A DNA stretch of 64,000 nucleotides from Candidatus Multivoradales bacterium (GTDB lineage: Bacteria; Acidobacteriota; Thermoanaerobaculia; Multivoradales; J023). The notes beneath the pieces were generated by a model. The model did no database searches. It had not been told where the DNA came from and was given only the letters and a program-made list of their open reading frames with translations. The DNA is taken from NCBI GenBank assembly GCA_965248925.1, contig CBDFLE010000006.1:3744001-3808000 (forward strand), written 5' to 3'. Position numbers and translations under genes: made by a program. Positions 8,824 through 16,887 of this stretch are shown here, one piece after another. How positions within the stretch are numbered: the stretch's first letter is position 1; the number at the start of each line of letters is the position of its first letter.

Positions 8824-11214
8824 TCAAGTTCCAGCCGGGGCGCCGACTAGGACGAAGCTGGACCAAAATCGCGGATGAGCGTAGGAGATTTGGCGCTGGC
8901 GCAGGGCGATGCGGGTAGGTGCTCGGCGCTGGAACAGTTCGCGGCGGGCGGCCCGAAGGGCTTCGGCGTGGCTGCTGCCACTGGCGATCTGGCGGTAGAA
9001 CGCACTCATCAAGAAGGGGGTCGAGCGGTCGTCTACGTCCCACAAGGACACCACCACGGCGGCGGCACCAGCGGCCAAGAAGGCCTGGCTTAGGCCTACC
9101 AACCCCTGGCCGCGACGCAGGTCGCCGCGACCGCTGCGGCAGGCCGACAGGGTGACCAGCTCGGCGCGCAGCTCGAGATCGAGCACTTCGGAGGTCTGGA
9201 GCAAGCCGTCGTCACCGCCGCCAGGATGTAACAGCAGCCCGGAACTCAAGGGCAATTGGTCGTTGACCAGGCCGTGGGTGGCCAAGTGGAGGAAGCGATA
9301 GCTACCGCTGAGCTGTTTGAAGCGATTTTCGGCGGCCCGCCTGCCGAGCCATATCTCGCTGCTGGCGAAGGTAGTGGCAACCTGCCGCACTTCGGTCTCG
9401 GCATGGGCCAGTGGCGGTGGTGGTGGAAAACCGCCGCGCAAGACCGCGGCACTCGCCACTGGGTGGCTGAAGGAGGGCGCCATGGCGAGCAAGGTGTGGC
9501 TATTTGGCGCGGTTGGGGAGCGCTGTTGGTGGCGCTGGCGCAAGGCCAGGAATACTCCGGCGGAAGGGCTGTAGATGATCGATTTTTCTAGCCCCGGATA
9601 GCGACACTCGGCATAGGCGGAGTGCAGGATCTCACCGCTGGTTGCTGTGGTCGCCGTGGTCGGCTGACAACTCTCTACGAGGGCTTCGAAGGGTAGGTAG
9701 TGCAGGCGGCCATCTGGCACTACTATCCAGGTTTGGGCTGCGCGGACCGGCGCCGGCAGACCTGCCACCAACCAATTGTAGAGTTCGTGACCGAGGGCAA
9801 GATGCTCGGTTTCGCGGCCGAGCAGGGCATCGTCGGTGGCTCGGCTGGGCGAGTGCAGGGGGTCGAGATAGGCCTCGATGCGTCGTTCGAGTAGCTCTCT
9901 CGGCACGGGTATCTGAGTCAGACGGGTTTGTTGGGCGGTGATGCTCCAGGCCAGAATCCGGTCGTCGGCCAACCAATAGGCAATCAACGCCTCGTCGGGG
10001 TTCAGGCTGGCGCTCACCGAGGCGCTGGTGGGTGGCGTGACGGCGACCAGCTCGGCGGGGTGGCTGCGGGCGGTTTGAGAGCGCCGCCGCTCGAGGTTTC
10101 GTTGCTGGCGATCCAGGTGTTGCCGAGCGGTGGCTCGTTGGGCACCACTTTCGGCAGCCACCAAGGCCAAGTGAGCGCGACCTAGCGCGGCCAATAAGCG
10201 GCGCTCATCGGCGGCTCGAGGCCGCTCTTTGCCGCTCGCGGGCTGCTCTAGGAGTTCGAGGAAGGAGCGGGCGCGGAAGCGCTCGGCGATGGCGAAACCC
10301 TCTTGCCCGCGGCTGAGGTCGGCCAGCAGGCGGATCAGCCGATCGTAGGCGGCGACCTGGGTGGCCAGGAACTGGCTGCGTGCTTGCGGTGTGCCGGCAA
10401 TTCTGGCGCGGGCTTGCTCAAATTCGCCAATCGCTCGCTCGAGGTCGGCCACTGCCGGTTGCGGCTCGCCGAGCTCCCATCTCACCTCAGCACGATTGCA
10501 GAAAGCGAAGCCAACATGGCGCAGCAGCTGGTGCTCTAGGGACAGGTCCAAGACTCGGTCGTAGGCTGCTCGGGCTTCTGGCAGGCGATCCAACTGGTGC
10601 AATGCCCAGGCTTGAGCGGAGAGCGCGCGCAGGATTTGCGCTGGCTGCCCGGCCGTTTCTAGCACCGCCAAGGCGCGCTGGGCAAAGCGGACGCTGCTTT
10701 CTAACTTTCCCGCCTGCACCATCACTAAGCTACGGCCAGCATCGACCCGTGCTTGGCCGAGGCCGTCGTCGAGTTGAGTGTAGAGCGCTTCGGCGGTGTC
10801 GAGGTCAGCTATTTTTCGTTCGAGATTGCCCTCACGCACTGTGGCCAACAACTCCAATGTCCGGGCTTGCCAGCGGTGAGCTTCGAGGTCGGCAAAGGTG
10901 CGCTCGAGACGCTCGGCGATCTCGAAGCTGCTGTCCCGAGCCCCGGAGGCGTTGAGCGCTTTGGCCAGCAAGAGCTCGGCACGGGCCATTCCCAGGCGGT
11001 CGGCCTGGTCGGCGGCAAGTTGCCGGGCTTGCTCGATGGCCTGTTGGGCAAGATCGAATTCGGCGGCATCGAGGAGCTTCTCGCCCTGTTCTAGAACCGC
11101 CTCCAGCTGGGCCTGGTAAGAGCTGCTGACCGGGTCTGCGGCAGTAGGTGGTGAAGTGGGCGCGGTGCAAGCGCTCTGCAGGAGGGCGACTAGTGCGGCG
11201 CGGGTGGCTCGCAT
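8824..11214 (-). CDS. TPR + CHAT (caspase-like) protease, probable lipoprotein
   Basis: TPR-like helices, then IVVPDGRLHYLPFEAL, catalytic His (FLHLATHG), catalytic Cys (VTLSACRSG), VVVSLWDVDD and HPRFWSSF. Start ATG 11214 (TGATG overlap) gives MRATRAALVALLQSAC. Confidence 0.9.
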   Translation of the reverse strand: MRATRAALVALLQSACTAPTSPPTAADPVSSSYQAQLEAVLEQGEKLLDAAEFDLAQQAIEQARQLAADQADRLGMARAELLLAKALNASGARDSSFEIAERLERTFADLEAHRWQARTLELLATVREGNLERKIADLDTAEALYTQLDDGLGQARVDAGRSLVMVQAGKLESSVRFAQRALAVLETAGQPAQILRALSAQAWALHQLDRLPEARAAYDRVLDLSLEHQLLRHVGFAFCNRAEVRWELGEPQPAVADLERAIGEFEQARARIAGTPQARSQFLATQVAAYDRLIRLLADLSRGQEGFAIAERFRARSFLELLEQPASGKERPRAADERRLLAALGRAHLALVAAESGAQRATARQHLDRQQRNLERRRSQTARSHPAELVAVTPPTSASVSASLNPDEALIAYWLADDRILAWSITAQQTRLTQIPVPRELLERRIEAYLDPLHSPSRATDDALLGRETEHLALGHELYNWLVAGLPAPVRAAQTWIVVPDGRLHYLPFEALVESCQPTTATTATSGEILHSAYAECRYPGLEKSIIYSPSAGVFLALRQRHQQRSPTAPNSHTLLAMAPSFSHPVASAAVLRGGFPPPPPLAHAETEVRQVATTFASSEIWLGRRAAENRFKQLSGSYRFLHLATHGLVNDQLPLSSGLLLHPGGGDDGLLQTSEVLDLELRAELVTLSACRSGRGDLRRGQGLVGLSQAFLAAGAAAVVVSLWDVDDRSTPFLMSAFYRQIASGSSHAEALRAARRELFQRRAPTRIALRQRQISYAHPRFWSSFVLVGAPAGT

Positions 11215-12221
11215 CAGCGCCGTAGTTCCCGGTCCAATTCGCGGTCCAGGAGTCGCTGGGGCAAGCGGCGATGGAGCAGGATCTTGCGCGTCAGACGCTT
11301 GCGCTCGCTTCCCTCGGTGGTGCCCTCGATCGCCGCCAATCTTGCCAGCGCTTGTTCGTAGAGTCCGGACTGGGCCAGGTCTACCGCTGCCAGCAGGGCA
11401 TGCTGCTCGGAGTCTGAGCTGAGTCGGGCGACGGCGTTGTCTGATAGCACTACAAAGGGCACCCAAGGCGAAGAAATCCACTCGCCGCCGATCTTGGCGC
11501 TGATCTTCCACAGATAGACCCGGTCGGGTTCGAGGGGTGATAGATCCGCGGGATAGTCGAAGGTCTGCTCGCCGCCGCCGTGGATCGGTGGGCTGAAGAC
11601 CGCCACAGGCAATTCGTCTTGATCTAGCAGCAGCAGCTCGAGTTGGCTGGGCTTTTGCGTGCTGTCGATCCACCAGCGTAGGGTTGGACGGCGGAGGATC
11701 GTTCGCGACCACCGCGGCGCTAGGGGTGTCGGGGTGCGCCAATCGTCGCTGTCGCCGCGTAGCGGGTCTGGAGCCGCTAGAGCATTAAATGGCTCTAGCG
11801 CTGCCTGTCGCGGCCAGTCTTCGGTTAGGGCCGCGGCGAGCTGAAGACTGATGTCTGAAGGTGAGGCGGGCTTGTGCGGTTTGCCGTCGAGCCACAGCAA
11901 GGCACCGGCCGCGGCGATCAAGGTCGCTGCCAGAGCGAGGGCCGGGCGCAGCCAACGCCTGGTCTCAGGGTGGGGTCCGGGAGTGCTTTGACTGCTGCGA
12001 TAAGCGGTGTTGTCCTGGCTGGCCAAGGCTACTGCGAAAGCCAGATTACGGCATTTAGCGCAACTCGCCAGGTGGGCCAATGCGGTGTCGAGAGGGTTGT
12101 TGTCGAGGGCACCATCGACCAGCTCCGCCAAAGTCACATCGTCGATATGGGGCGGCATGGCTTGCTCGCCCAAGTCGGGATACCGGCGCAGCATTTGGGC
12201 CAGTTGGTGGTCGGAGATCAT
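11214..12221 (-). CDS. Zinc-finger (zf-HC2) transmembrane anti-sigma factor
   Basis: H...HLASCAKCR (HxxxCxxC), TM LALAATLIAAAGALLWL, and an extracytoplasmic domain (LRG...PTLRW...LEPDRVYLWKI, DUF928-like). ATGA-coupled to the ECF sigma. Confidence 0.8.
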   Translation of the reverse strand: MISDHQLAQMLRRYPDLGEQAMPPHIDDVTLAELVDGALDNNPLDTALAHLASCAKCRNLAFAVALASQDNTAYRSSQSTPGPHPETRRWLRPALALAATLIAAAGALLWLDGKPHKPASPSDISLQLAAALTEDWPRQAALEPFNALAAPDPLRGDSDDWRTPTPLAPRWSRTILRRPTLRWWIDSTQKPSQLELLLLDQDELPVAVFSPPIHGGGEQTFDYPADLSPLEPDRVYLWKISAKIGGEWISSPWVPFVVLSDNAVARLSSDSEQHALLAAVDLAQSGLYEQALARLAAIEGTTEGSERKRLTRKILLHRRLPQRLLDRELDRELRR

Positions 12222-12835
12222 GGCTGTTCGCCTTGGCTTGGGGGCGCCTTCTTGGTGCCGGCAGAAGCTGCATCAAACAGCTCGGGATGACGCTGTCGCA
12301 ACTCTTGCCGCAAGCGCTTGAGAGCGTCGTGAACCGCCTTGCGGATCGCCCCCGGGCTGTTGCCCAGCAGGGTGGAGATTTCGCCGGGGCTATGCTCATC
12401 AAAGTAGCGCAGGGCGAGTAGCAGGCGATCGCGGGGGCGCAGCTTGGCCAGGCTCTGTCCGATCGCGCGGTGATGTTCACGGGCGGTCAGACGGTGACTG
12501 CCGAGCGCTTCGGCAACCGGCTCGGGGCAGCTATCGGCGGTGCGATCTGCTTGGCGCTGGGCCTGCTCGCGTTGGTGCAAGCACAGACGGCAGACGATGA
12601 CGCTCAGGTAGGTCGAGAACTTGCCCTGGCCGCGCCAGGCGCGCAGTGCTCGATGGTCGTCTTCCCACAAGCGAGTGATGGTCATTTGCAGAATCTCCTC
12701 CGCGGCTTCGACGTCGAGGCCGAAGCGCCCTCTTGCCAGGCCGAGGATCAGGCCGCGAAAACAGGTTACGAATTCCCTTTCCGCGGCCTGTTCTCGGTCG
12801 ACAACTCGGCGGATCAGTTGGCACTCGCGGTTCAC
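12218..12835 (-). CDS. ECF RNA polymerase sigma factor
   Basis: Region 2 (AAEEILQ...KFSTYL) and region 4 (LAKLRPRDRLLLALRYFDEHSPGEISTLLG...ALKRLR). Confidence 0.92.
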   Translation of the reverse strand: MNRECQLIRRVVDREQAAEREFVTCFRGLILGLARGRFGLDVEAAEEILQMTITRLWEDDHRALRAWRGQGKFSTYLSVIVCRLCLHQREQAQRQADRTADSCPEPVAEALGSHRLTAREHHRAIGQSLAKLRPRDRLLLALRYFDEHSPGEISTLLGNSPGAIRKAVHDALKRLRQELRQRHPELFDAASAGTKKAPPSQGEQP

Positions 12836-12870
12836 CGCCGGATGCTAGCAGCCGGTACGGGCGGCGGCTC

Positions 12871-14616
12871 CTACGGCAAACTCGAGGACCACTCGGCAGT
12901 ATCGCCGCTCTCAAATCCATCGACGAAGATCGAAGCGCCGAAGGCCGAGGCATAGCCGTTCCAGTCTTGGTCGATCTCCAACTCGATGATCTGGCTGCCG
13001 GTGCCCGGTTCTAAGCTGGCGTTGAGCGCCACGCTGAAGCCGCTGCCATCCCCGCGGCGGCGGATGTCGAGGTTGGAGAACACCACCCGGCGACGCTGGC
13101 CATCCTCGTCGATTCCAGTGCCGCTGATCTGGTAGGTGATGTCGAAGAATGAATCGATCACGCCAGTCTGCGGGTCGACCAGAGCGATCTCGCCTTCGGC
13201 AAAGGGAGCGGTGTCCTCGAAGCCGGTTGGCGCGCCCGGAGTCAGCTCCATGCTGCGCAACTCGGTGAGCAGTGGCTGACCCGGTGTCGCCGGTAGCTCG
13301 ATGTCGAAGAAAACATCGAAGAACGAGTCGGCCGGGAAGCTGCCTTGCTGGGGCAGGAAGAGGATCTGACTGCGCCCCAGACCGTCGTGCAAGGGTGCCG
13401 CGAAAAACCCTGGTGGAATCGGCAGTGGATTGCCTTGGACGAAGAGCTGTGGCTGCTGGATGACAGCGTCGATCGCTACTGGCAGGCCGGCAAAGGGCTC
13501 GGCGGCCAGAGTGAGCACGCCGAGCTGCGGATCGGCGGGCGGAAGGATGAAGGCCGTTTGGCCGCTGTCGGGCCACAGATACAAAGGGGACACCGAGGTG
13601 TCGGCGGCAGCTACAAAAGCGCTGCATGCACGTCCCTGACTGGTGTCGCTGAAGAATCCGTCGAGCACTAATTTGCCCTGGCTACAGCTGCCGTCGGAGC
13701 ACATTCCCCAACTGCGGGCGACGACCTCGACTTCGGTCGACTCCCCCGGTAGTAGGAGGATTTGTTCGATCAGTTGAGGAATTGCCGGATCTAGCGGGTT
13801 GGGCGGCAGTGGTAGGCAACTGCCGTTCAGATCGACGCCCAGGGCGATCGGGAAGTTGTCGCCTTGGAGCGGATTGGAGATCGAGAACACCCCGGTGCCC
13901 GGTGCCGCCGGACCGCTGGCTGCTGGTCGTCGCGAGCTATTTCGGGTCTCGATCACCAGGTCGCCGGTGTAGGTTTCCAGAGGATCGTTGTTGGTGATCC
14001 GGTAGCGGAACGAGCTCTGGTCTCCAGGATGAGCAAAGCCCAGGAGCGGATTTAGTGGCAGCAGGTCGAGACGGGGCAGCAAGGGATTGCCCGGCGCGGG
14101 ATCGGCAATGCAGAGCACCGACTCGCCGACTGCAGTCATCACCATGCCGTCGGCTAAGGTGGCGGTGGCGGTGGCGGTGCCGGCGATGGTGCACAATCGA
14201 GGTGGTCCAGCGGCAAAAGTCAACGACACAGTGGCATTGGTGTAAGCCCCCGGAGTCAGGGTCACGGTGGTGCCGCCGACAGCGCCCGTCGAGGTCGTGC
14301 AAGTGGCGGTCAGGGTGATGGCGGCGCTGAATGGCTCGGGTGGGCAGAGCCCGGCACCGGGAGGAAAATCAAAGATATTGAAATAGGTGGTCAGCGGCAC
14401 GTCGAGAATGCCGCCACCGGTGATCAGTGCCACCGGGGGCGCAGCCATGGCGAGTACCAAGGTCTTGCCGCAGAACGGCTTTGGCGGATCGCCCTTGCAA
14501 GCGAGTGTGGGCTGGGGCACGAGGGCGAGCAGGGTAGTGAGAGCCAGCGTCAGGGGTATTGGCCAGCGGGCTGCGGTCGTGGGTAGTGGAGAGACGGCGA
14601 ACTTGGGCTTGGACAT
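12871..14616 (-). CDS. Secreted Cys-containing protein with two DSFFD motifs and C-terminal IFVDGFESGD tail
   Basis: Signal peptide, GGAGG RBS, beta-rich body, motifs PADSFFDVFFDI and IDSFFDITYQI, ends IFVDGFESGDTAEWSSSLP. Confidence 0.8.
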   Translation of the reverse strand: MSKPKFAVSPLPTTAARWPIPLTLALTTLLALVPQPTLACKGDPPKPFCGKTLVLAMAAPPVALITGGGILDVPLTTYFNIFDFPPGAGLCPPEPFSAAITLTATCTTSTGAVGGTTVTLTPGAYTNATVSLTFAAGPPRLCTIAGTATATATLADGMVMTAVGESVLCIADPAPGNPLLPRLDLLPLNPLLGFAHPGDQSSFRYRITNNDPLETYTGDLVIETRNSSRRPAASGPAAPGTGVFSISNPLQGDNFPIALGVDLNGSCLPLPPNPLDPAIPQLIEQILLLPGESTEVEVVARSWGMCSDGSCSQGKLVLDGFFSDTSQGRACSAFVAAADTSVSPLYLWPDSGQTAFILPPADPQLGVLTLAAEPFAGLPVAIDAVIQQPQLFVQGNPLPIPPGFFAAPLHDGLGRSQILFLPQQGSFPADSFFDVFFDIELPATPGQPLLTELRSMELTPGAPTGFEDTAPFAEGEIALVDPQTGVIDSFFDITYQISGTGIDEDGQRRRVVFSNLDIRRRGDGSGFSVALNASLEPGTGSQIIELEIDQDWNGYASAFGASIFVDGFESGDTAEWSSSLP

Positions 14617-14780
14617 TGATTGCTTCCTCCATTATTCGGGACTCAGCGGCGCCGGTGGGTCGGCTGCGAGCCTGGTCTGATGAATGAGATAGGCGAAGTC
14701 AGCGAGCGTTACCAAATCCATGTGCTGAACTTCCACTCGGCTATCGGCGAAGGCCGAGAACCAGCCCCGTGCTAAAATCT

Positions 14781-14834
14781 TGCTGTAGCAACTGCGCTGC
14801 AACATGACCGTGCTGTAAGAACTGAGAAGCAACA
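14781..14834. repeat. Imperfect 24-bp direct repeat, 30-bp period (candidate twin operator)
   Basis: TGCTGTAGCAACTGCGCTGCAACA at 14781 and TGCTGTAAGAACTGAGAAGCAACA at 14811, 19/24 identical. Confidence 0.6.
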
Positions 14835-14883
14835 GATAGTCGGCCGCCTACCTACCCCGGCCGGCCGGGAGACTGCCCTAACC

Positions 14884-16188
14884 ATGCCGGCACGCCGCGT
14901 TTTCTATCTCCTGGCATTGGCCACGATGCTGGGCATCGTGGGGGTGGTTGCTCGGGGTTGGGCGGTGGCTGCATTGCTGCTTGACGGTGGTGTCTTGCTG
15001 GCCTTCGGTATGGATCTCTGGCGTGCCCGGCAGGTTGAGCTGAAAGCCCATCGCAGCTGGCCAGTGCTCTTGGTTCAAGGCGCTCCAGCGATGATCGAAG
15101 TCGAACTTGAGGCCGCTTCAGCGGGGGCCCTGCGGGTGCTCTTGCGCGACACCTTGCATCCAGCGATCCACTTCGCCCCTTGCCGCACCGACCTCGAGTT
15201 GGATTCCACTGGGCGGGCACATTGGAGTTACGAGGTCGTTCCACGCCGTCGCGGGGCACATCAGGCGGGGCCGCTGATGGCGCGGCTGCTCGGCCCCTGG
15301 CGCTTGGCCTGGAGCCAGCGACAGTTATTGCCCGAGGAGCCGCGGCGGATCTATCCCCAGGTGCGTTGGGATGGCAAAGTTGGGCATCTGCTGCTACTCG
15401 CCCACCGCCGTTCGCTGGGTCGCCAGCCACAGCGATTGCAGGGCATGGGTTCGGAGCCCTACGCCTTGCGCGAGTATTTGCCGGGCGATTCGTTGGCCAA
15501 GATCCAATGGAAAGCTACCGCGCGGCACGGTCACTTGGTGAGTCGCGAGGACACCTGGGAGCGCGGCGCCCGCTTGATTCTGCTGCTCGACTGTGCCCGT
15601 GGCATGTCGGGGCTCGATGGCGAGCGCTCCAAGCTCGACCACGCCCTGGCCGCTAGCCTGGCGCTGACCCGAGTGGCGTCGTCGCGGGGTGATCAGGTGA
15701 CGTTGATAGCCTTTTCCGATCGAGTCGAGCGCTCAGTCCGTTTGCATGGCGGTCAGCGCGGCGCCCACCAAGCCTACAGCGCTTTTTACGACCTCGAAGC
15801 TCGTCACGCCGAGCCGGCTTTTGACCTGGCCGCTGAAGCGGCGGCGCAGCTCGAGCGACGGCGCTCGACAGTGGTGCTTTTCACCTCGGTGGTCGACTTG
15901 GCCGCCGCCGAGTTGCTGCGCCAAGCCCTGCTACACCTCGAACGCCGCCACCGGCCAATCCTGCTCAATCTCGAAGACCCCGCCCTGGCCGCTTTGGCCA
16001 GCGGCACTCCCGAGACCGTCGAAGACGCCTTCGCCAAGGTCTCGGCGCTGGATATCAAGCTGGCCAATCGCCGTCTTGGGGGACAGCTGCGGCGAGCTGG
16101 GATCCGCGTCGTGACCACTTCTGCCGACCAGCTAGCGCTAGAAGCTCTAGAGTCTTATCTGGCGATGTTCAGAGAGCGCTCGATGTAG
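14884..16188 (+). CDS. DUF58 domain protein (MoxR partner)
   Basis: Motifs PRRRG, LREYLPGD, IQWKATARHG, LLLDCARGM and SKLDHAL. Confidence 0.9.
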   Translation: MPARRVFYLLALATMLGIVGVVARGWAVAALLLDGGVLLAFGMDLWRARQVELKAHRSWPVLLVQGAPAMIEVELEAASAGALRVLLRDTLHPAIHFAPCRTDLELDSTGRAHWSYEVVPRRRGAHQAGPLMARLLGPWRLAWSQRQLLPEEPRRIYPQVRWDGKVGHLLLLAHRRSLGRQPQRLQGMGSEPYALREYLPGDSLAKIQWKATARHGHLVSREDTWERGARLILLLDCARGMSGLDGERSKLDHALAASLALTRVASSRGDQVTLIAFSDRVERSVRLHGGQRGAHQAYSAFYDLEARHAEPAFDLAAEAAAQLERRRSTVVLFTSVVDLAAAELLRQALLHLERRHRPILLNLEDPALAALASGTPETVEDAFAKVSALDIKLANRRLGGQLRRAGIRVVTTSADQLALEALESYLAMFRERSM

Positions 16189-16257
16189 GTCTTGAAGTAG
16201 ATACAATCGGCGCCGCACCGCAACCAGCCAGCATCGCAACCAACCTAGAGGGCGACG

Positions 16258-16752
16258 ATGAGCGACACTTCCACACCCTTGGTCAGCATCCTGATGGGTA
16301 GCGAGTCCGATTGGGACACCATGCGTCACGGGCGCGACACGCTGAACCAATTCGCTGTGGCCAACGAATGTCGGGTGATCTCGGCCCACCGCTCGCCCAT
16401 CTTGGCGGTGGACTACACCAGCGCCGCCGAGGCACGAGGCATCGAAGTGATGATCGCCGCCGCCGGTGGCGCGGCCCATCTGGCCGGAGTGGTCGCGGCG
16501 CACACCCTGCTGCCGGTGTTTGGGGTGCCGATGAAGGGCTGGTCTCTCGACGGCCTAGATGCCCTGCTGGCCACCGTCCAAATGCCCAAAGGAGTGCCAG
16601 TAGGCACTTTGGCGATCGGCAAAGCGGGAGCGATCAACGCTGCTCTGTTGGCGATTCGGGTCCTGGCGCTGAGCCGTCCTGAACTCAAACAGCGGCTGGT
16701 CGAGTTCCATCAAGAACAAGCGAGCAAAATAGCCGCCACGGTTCTGGAGTAG
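16258..16752 (+). CDS. purE: N5-CAIR mutase
   Basis: Motifs ILMGSESD, SAHRSP, AAAGGAAHLAG, GLDALLATVQMPKGVPVGT and GAINAA. Confidence 0.97.
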   Translation: MSDTSTPLVSILMGSESDWDTMRHGRDTLNQFAVANECRVISAHRSPILAVDYTSAAEARGIEVMIAAAGGAAHLAGVVAAHTLLPVFGVPMKGWSLDGLDALLATVQMPKGVPVGTLAIGKAGAINAALLAIRVLALSRPELKQRLVEFHQEQASKIAATVLE

Positions 16753-16887
16753 ACGCCACATTGCCTCGGTAGGTTGCCCGATCGCCGGCTAGCGAGGTTC
16801 TCGCATCAGCAAGCGTTGCTCGAGGCTGTACTTCAGTCCAGGGGGCCGCCAAGGCGATGGTTTCCGCCAACGAGAGCTTCGATGCGA

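Noticed and set aside
11215-11742. 176-aa N-terminal extension of the CHAT ORF (972 aa in the track)
   Set aside because: It overlaps the anti-sigma gene in another frame. The TGATG coupling and signal-like sequence support the 11214 start.
8824-12835. Type III-E CRISPR Craspase locus (TPR-CHAT + sigma)
   Set aside because: No Cas7-11, Csx30/31, cas1 or repeat-spacer array in the window. Only the protease-sigma logic is shared.
14158-14180. GGTGGC hexamer run as a contingency locus
   Set aside because: A short in-frame repeat encoding TATATAT. Slippage would not shift the frame.
16740-16775. attR copy of the tRNA-Ala 3' end, and a GCCTCGGT motif shared with 7451 and 25846 as a REP family
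   Set aside because: The matches are only 8-12 bp in high-GC DNA, with no consistent palindrome or spacing, so they are compatible with chance.
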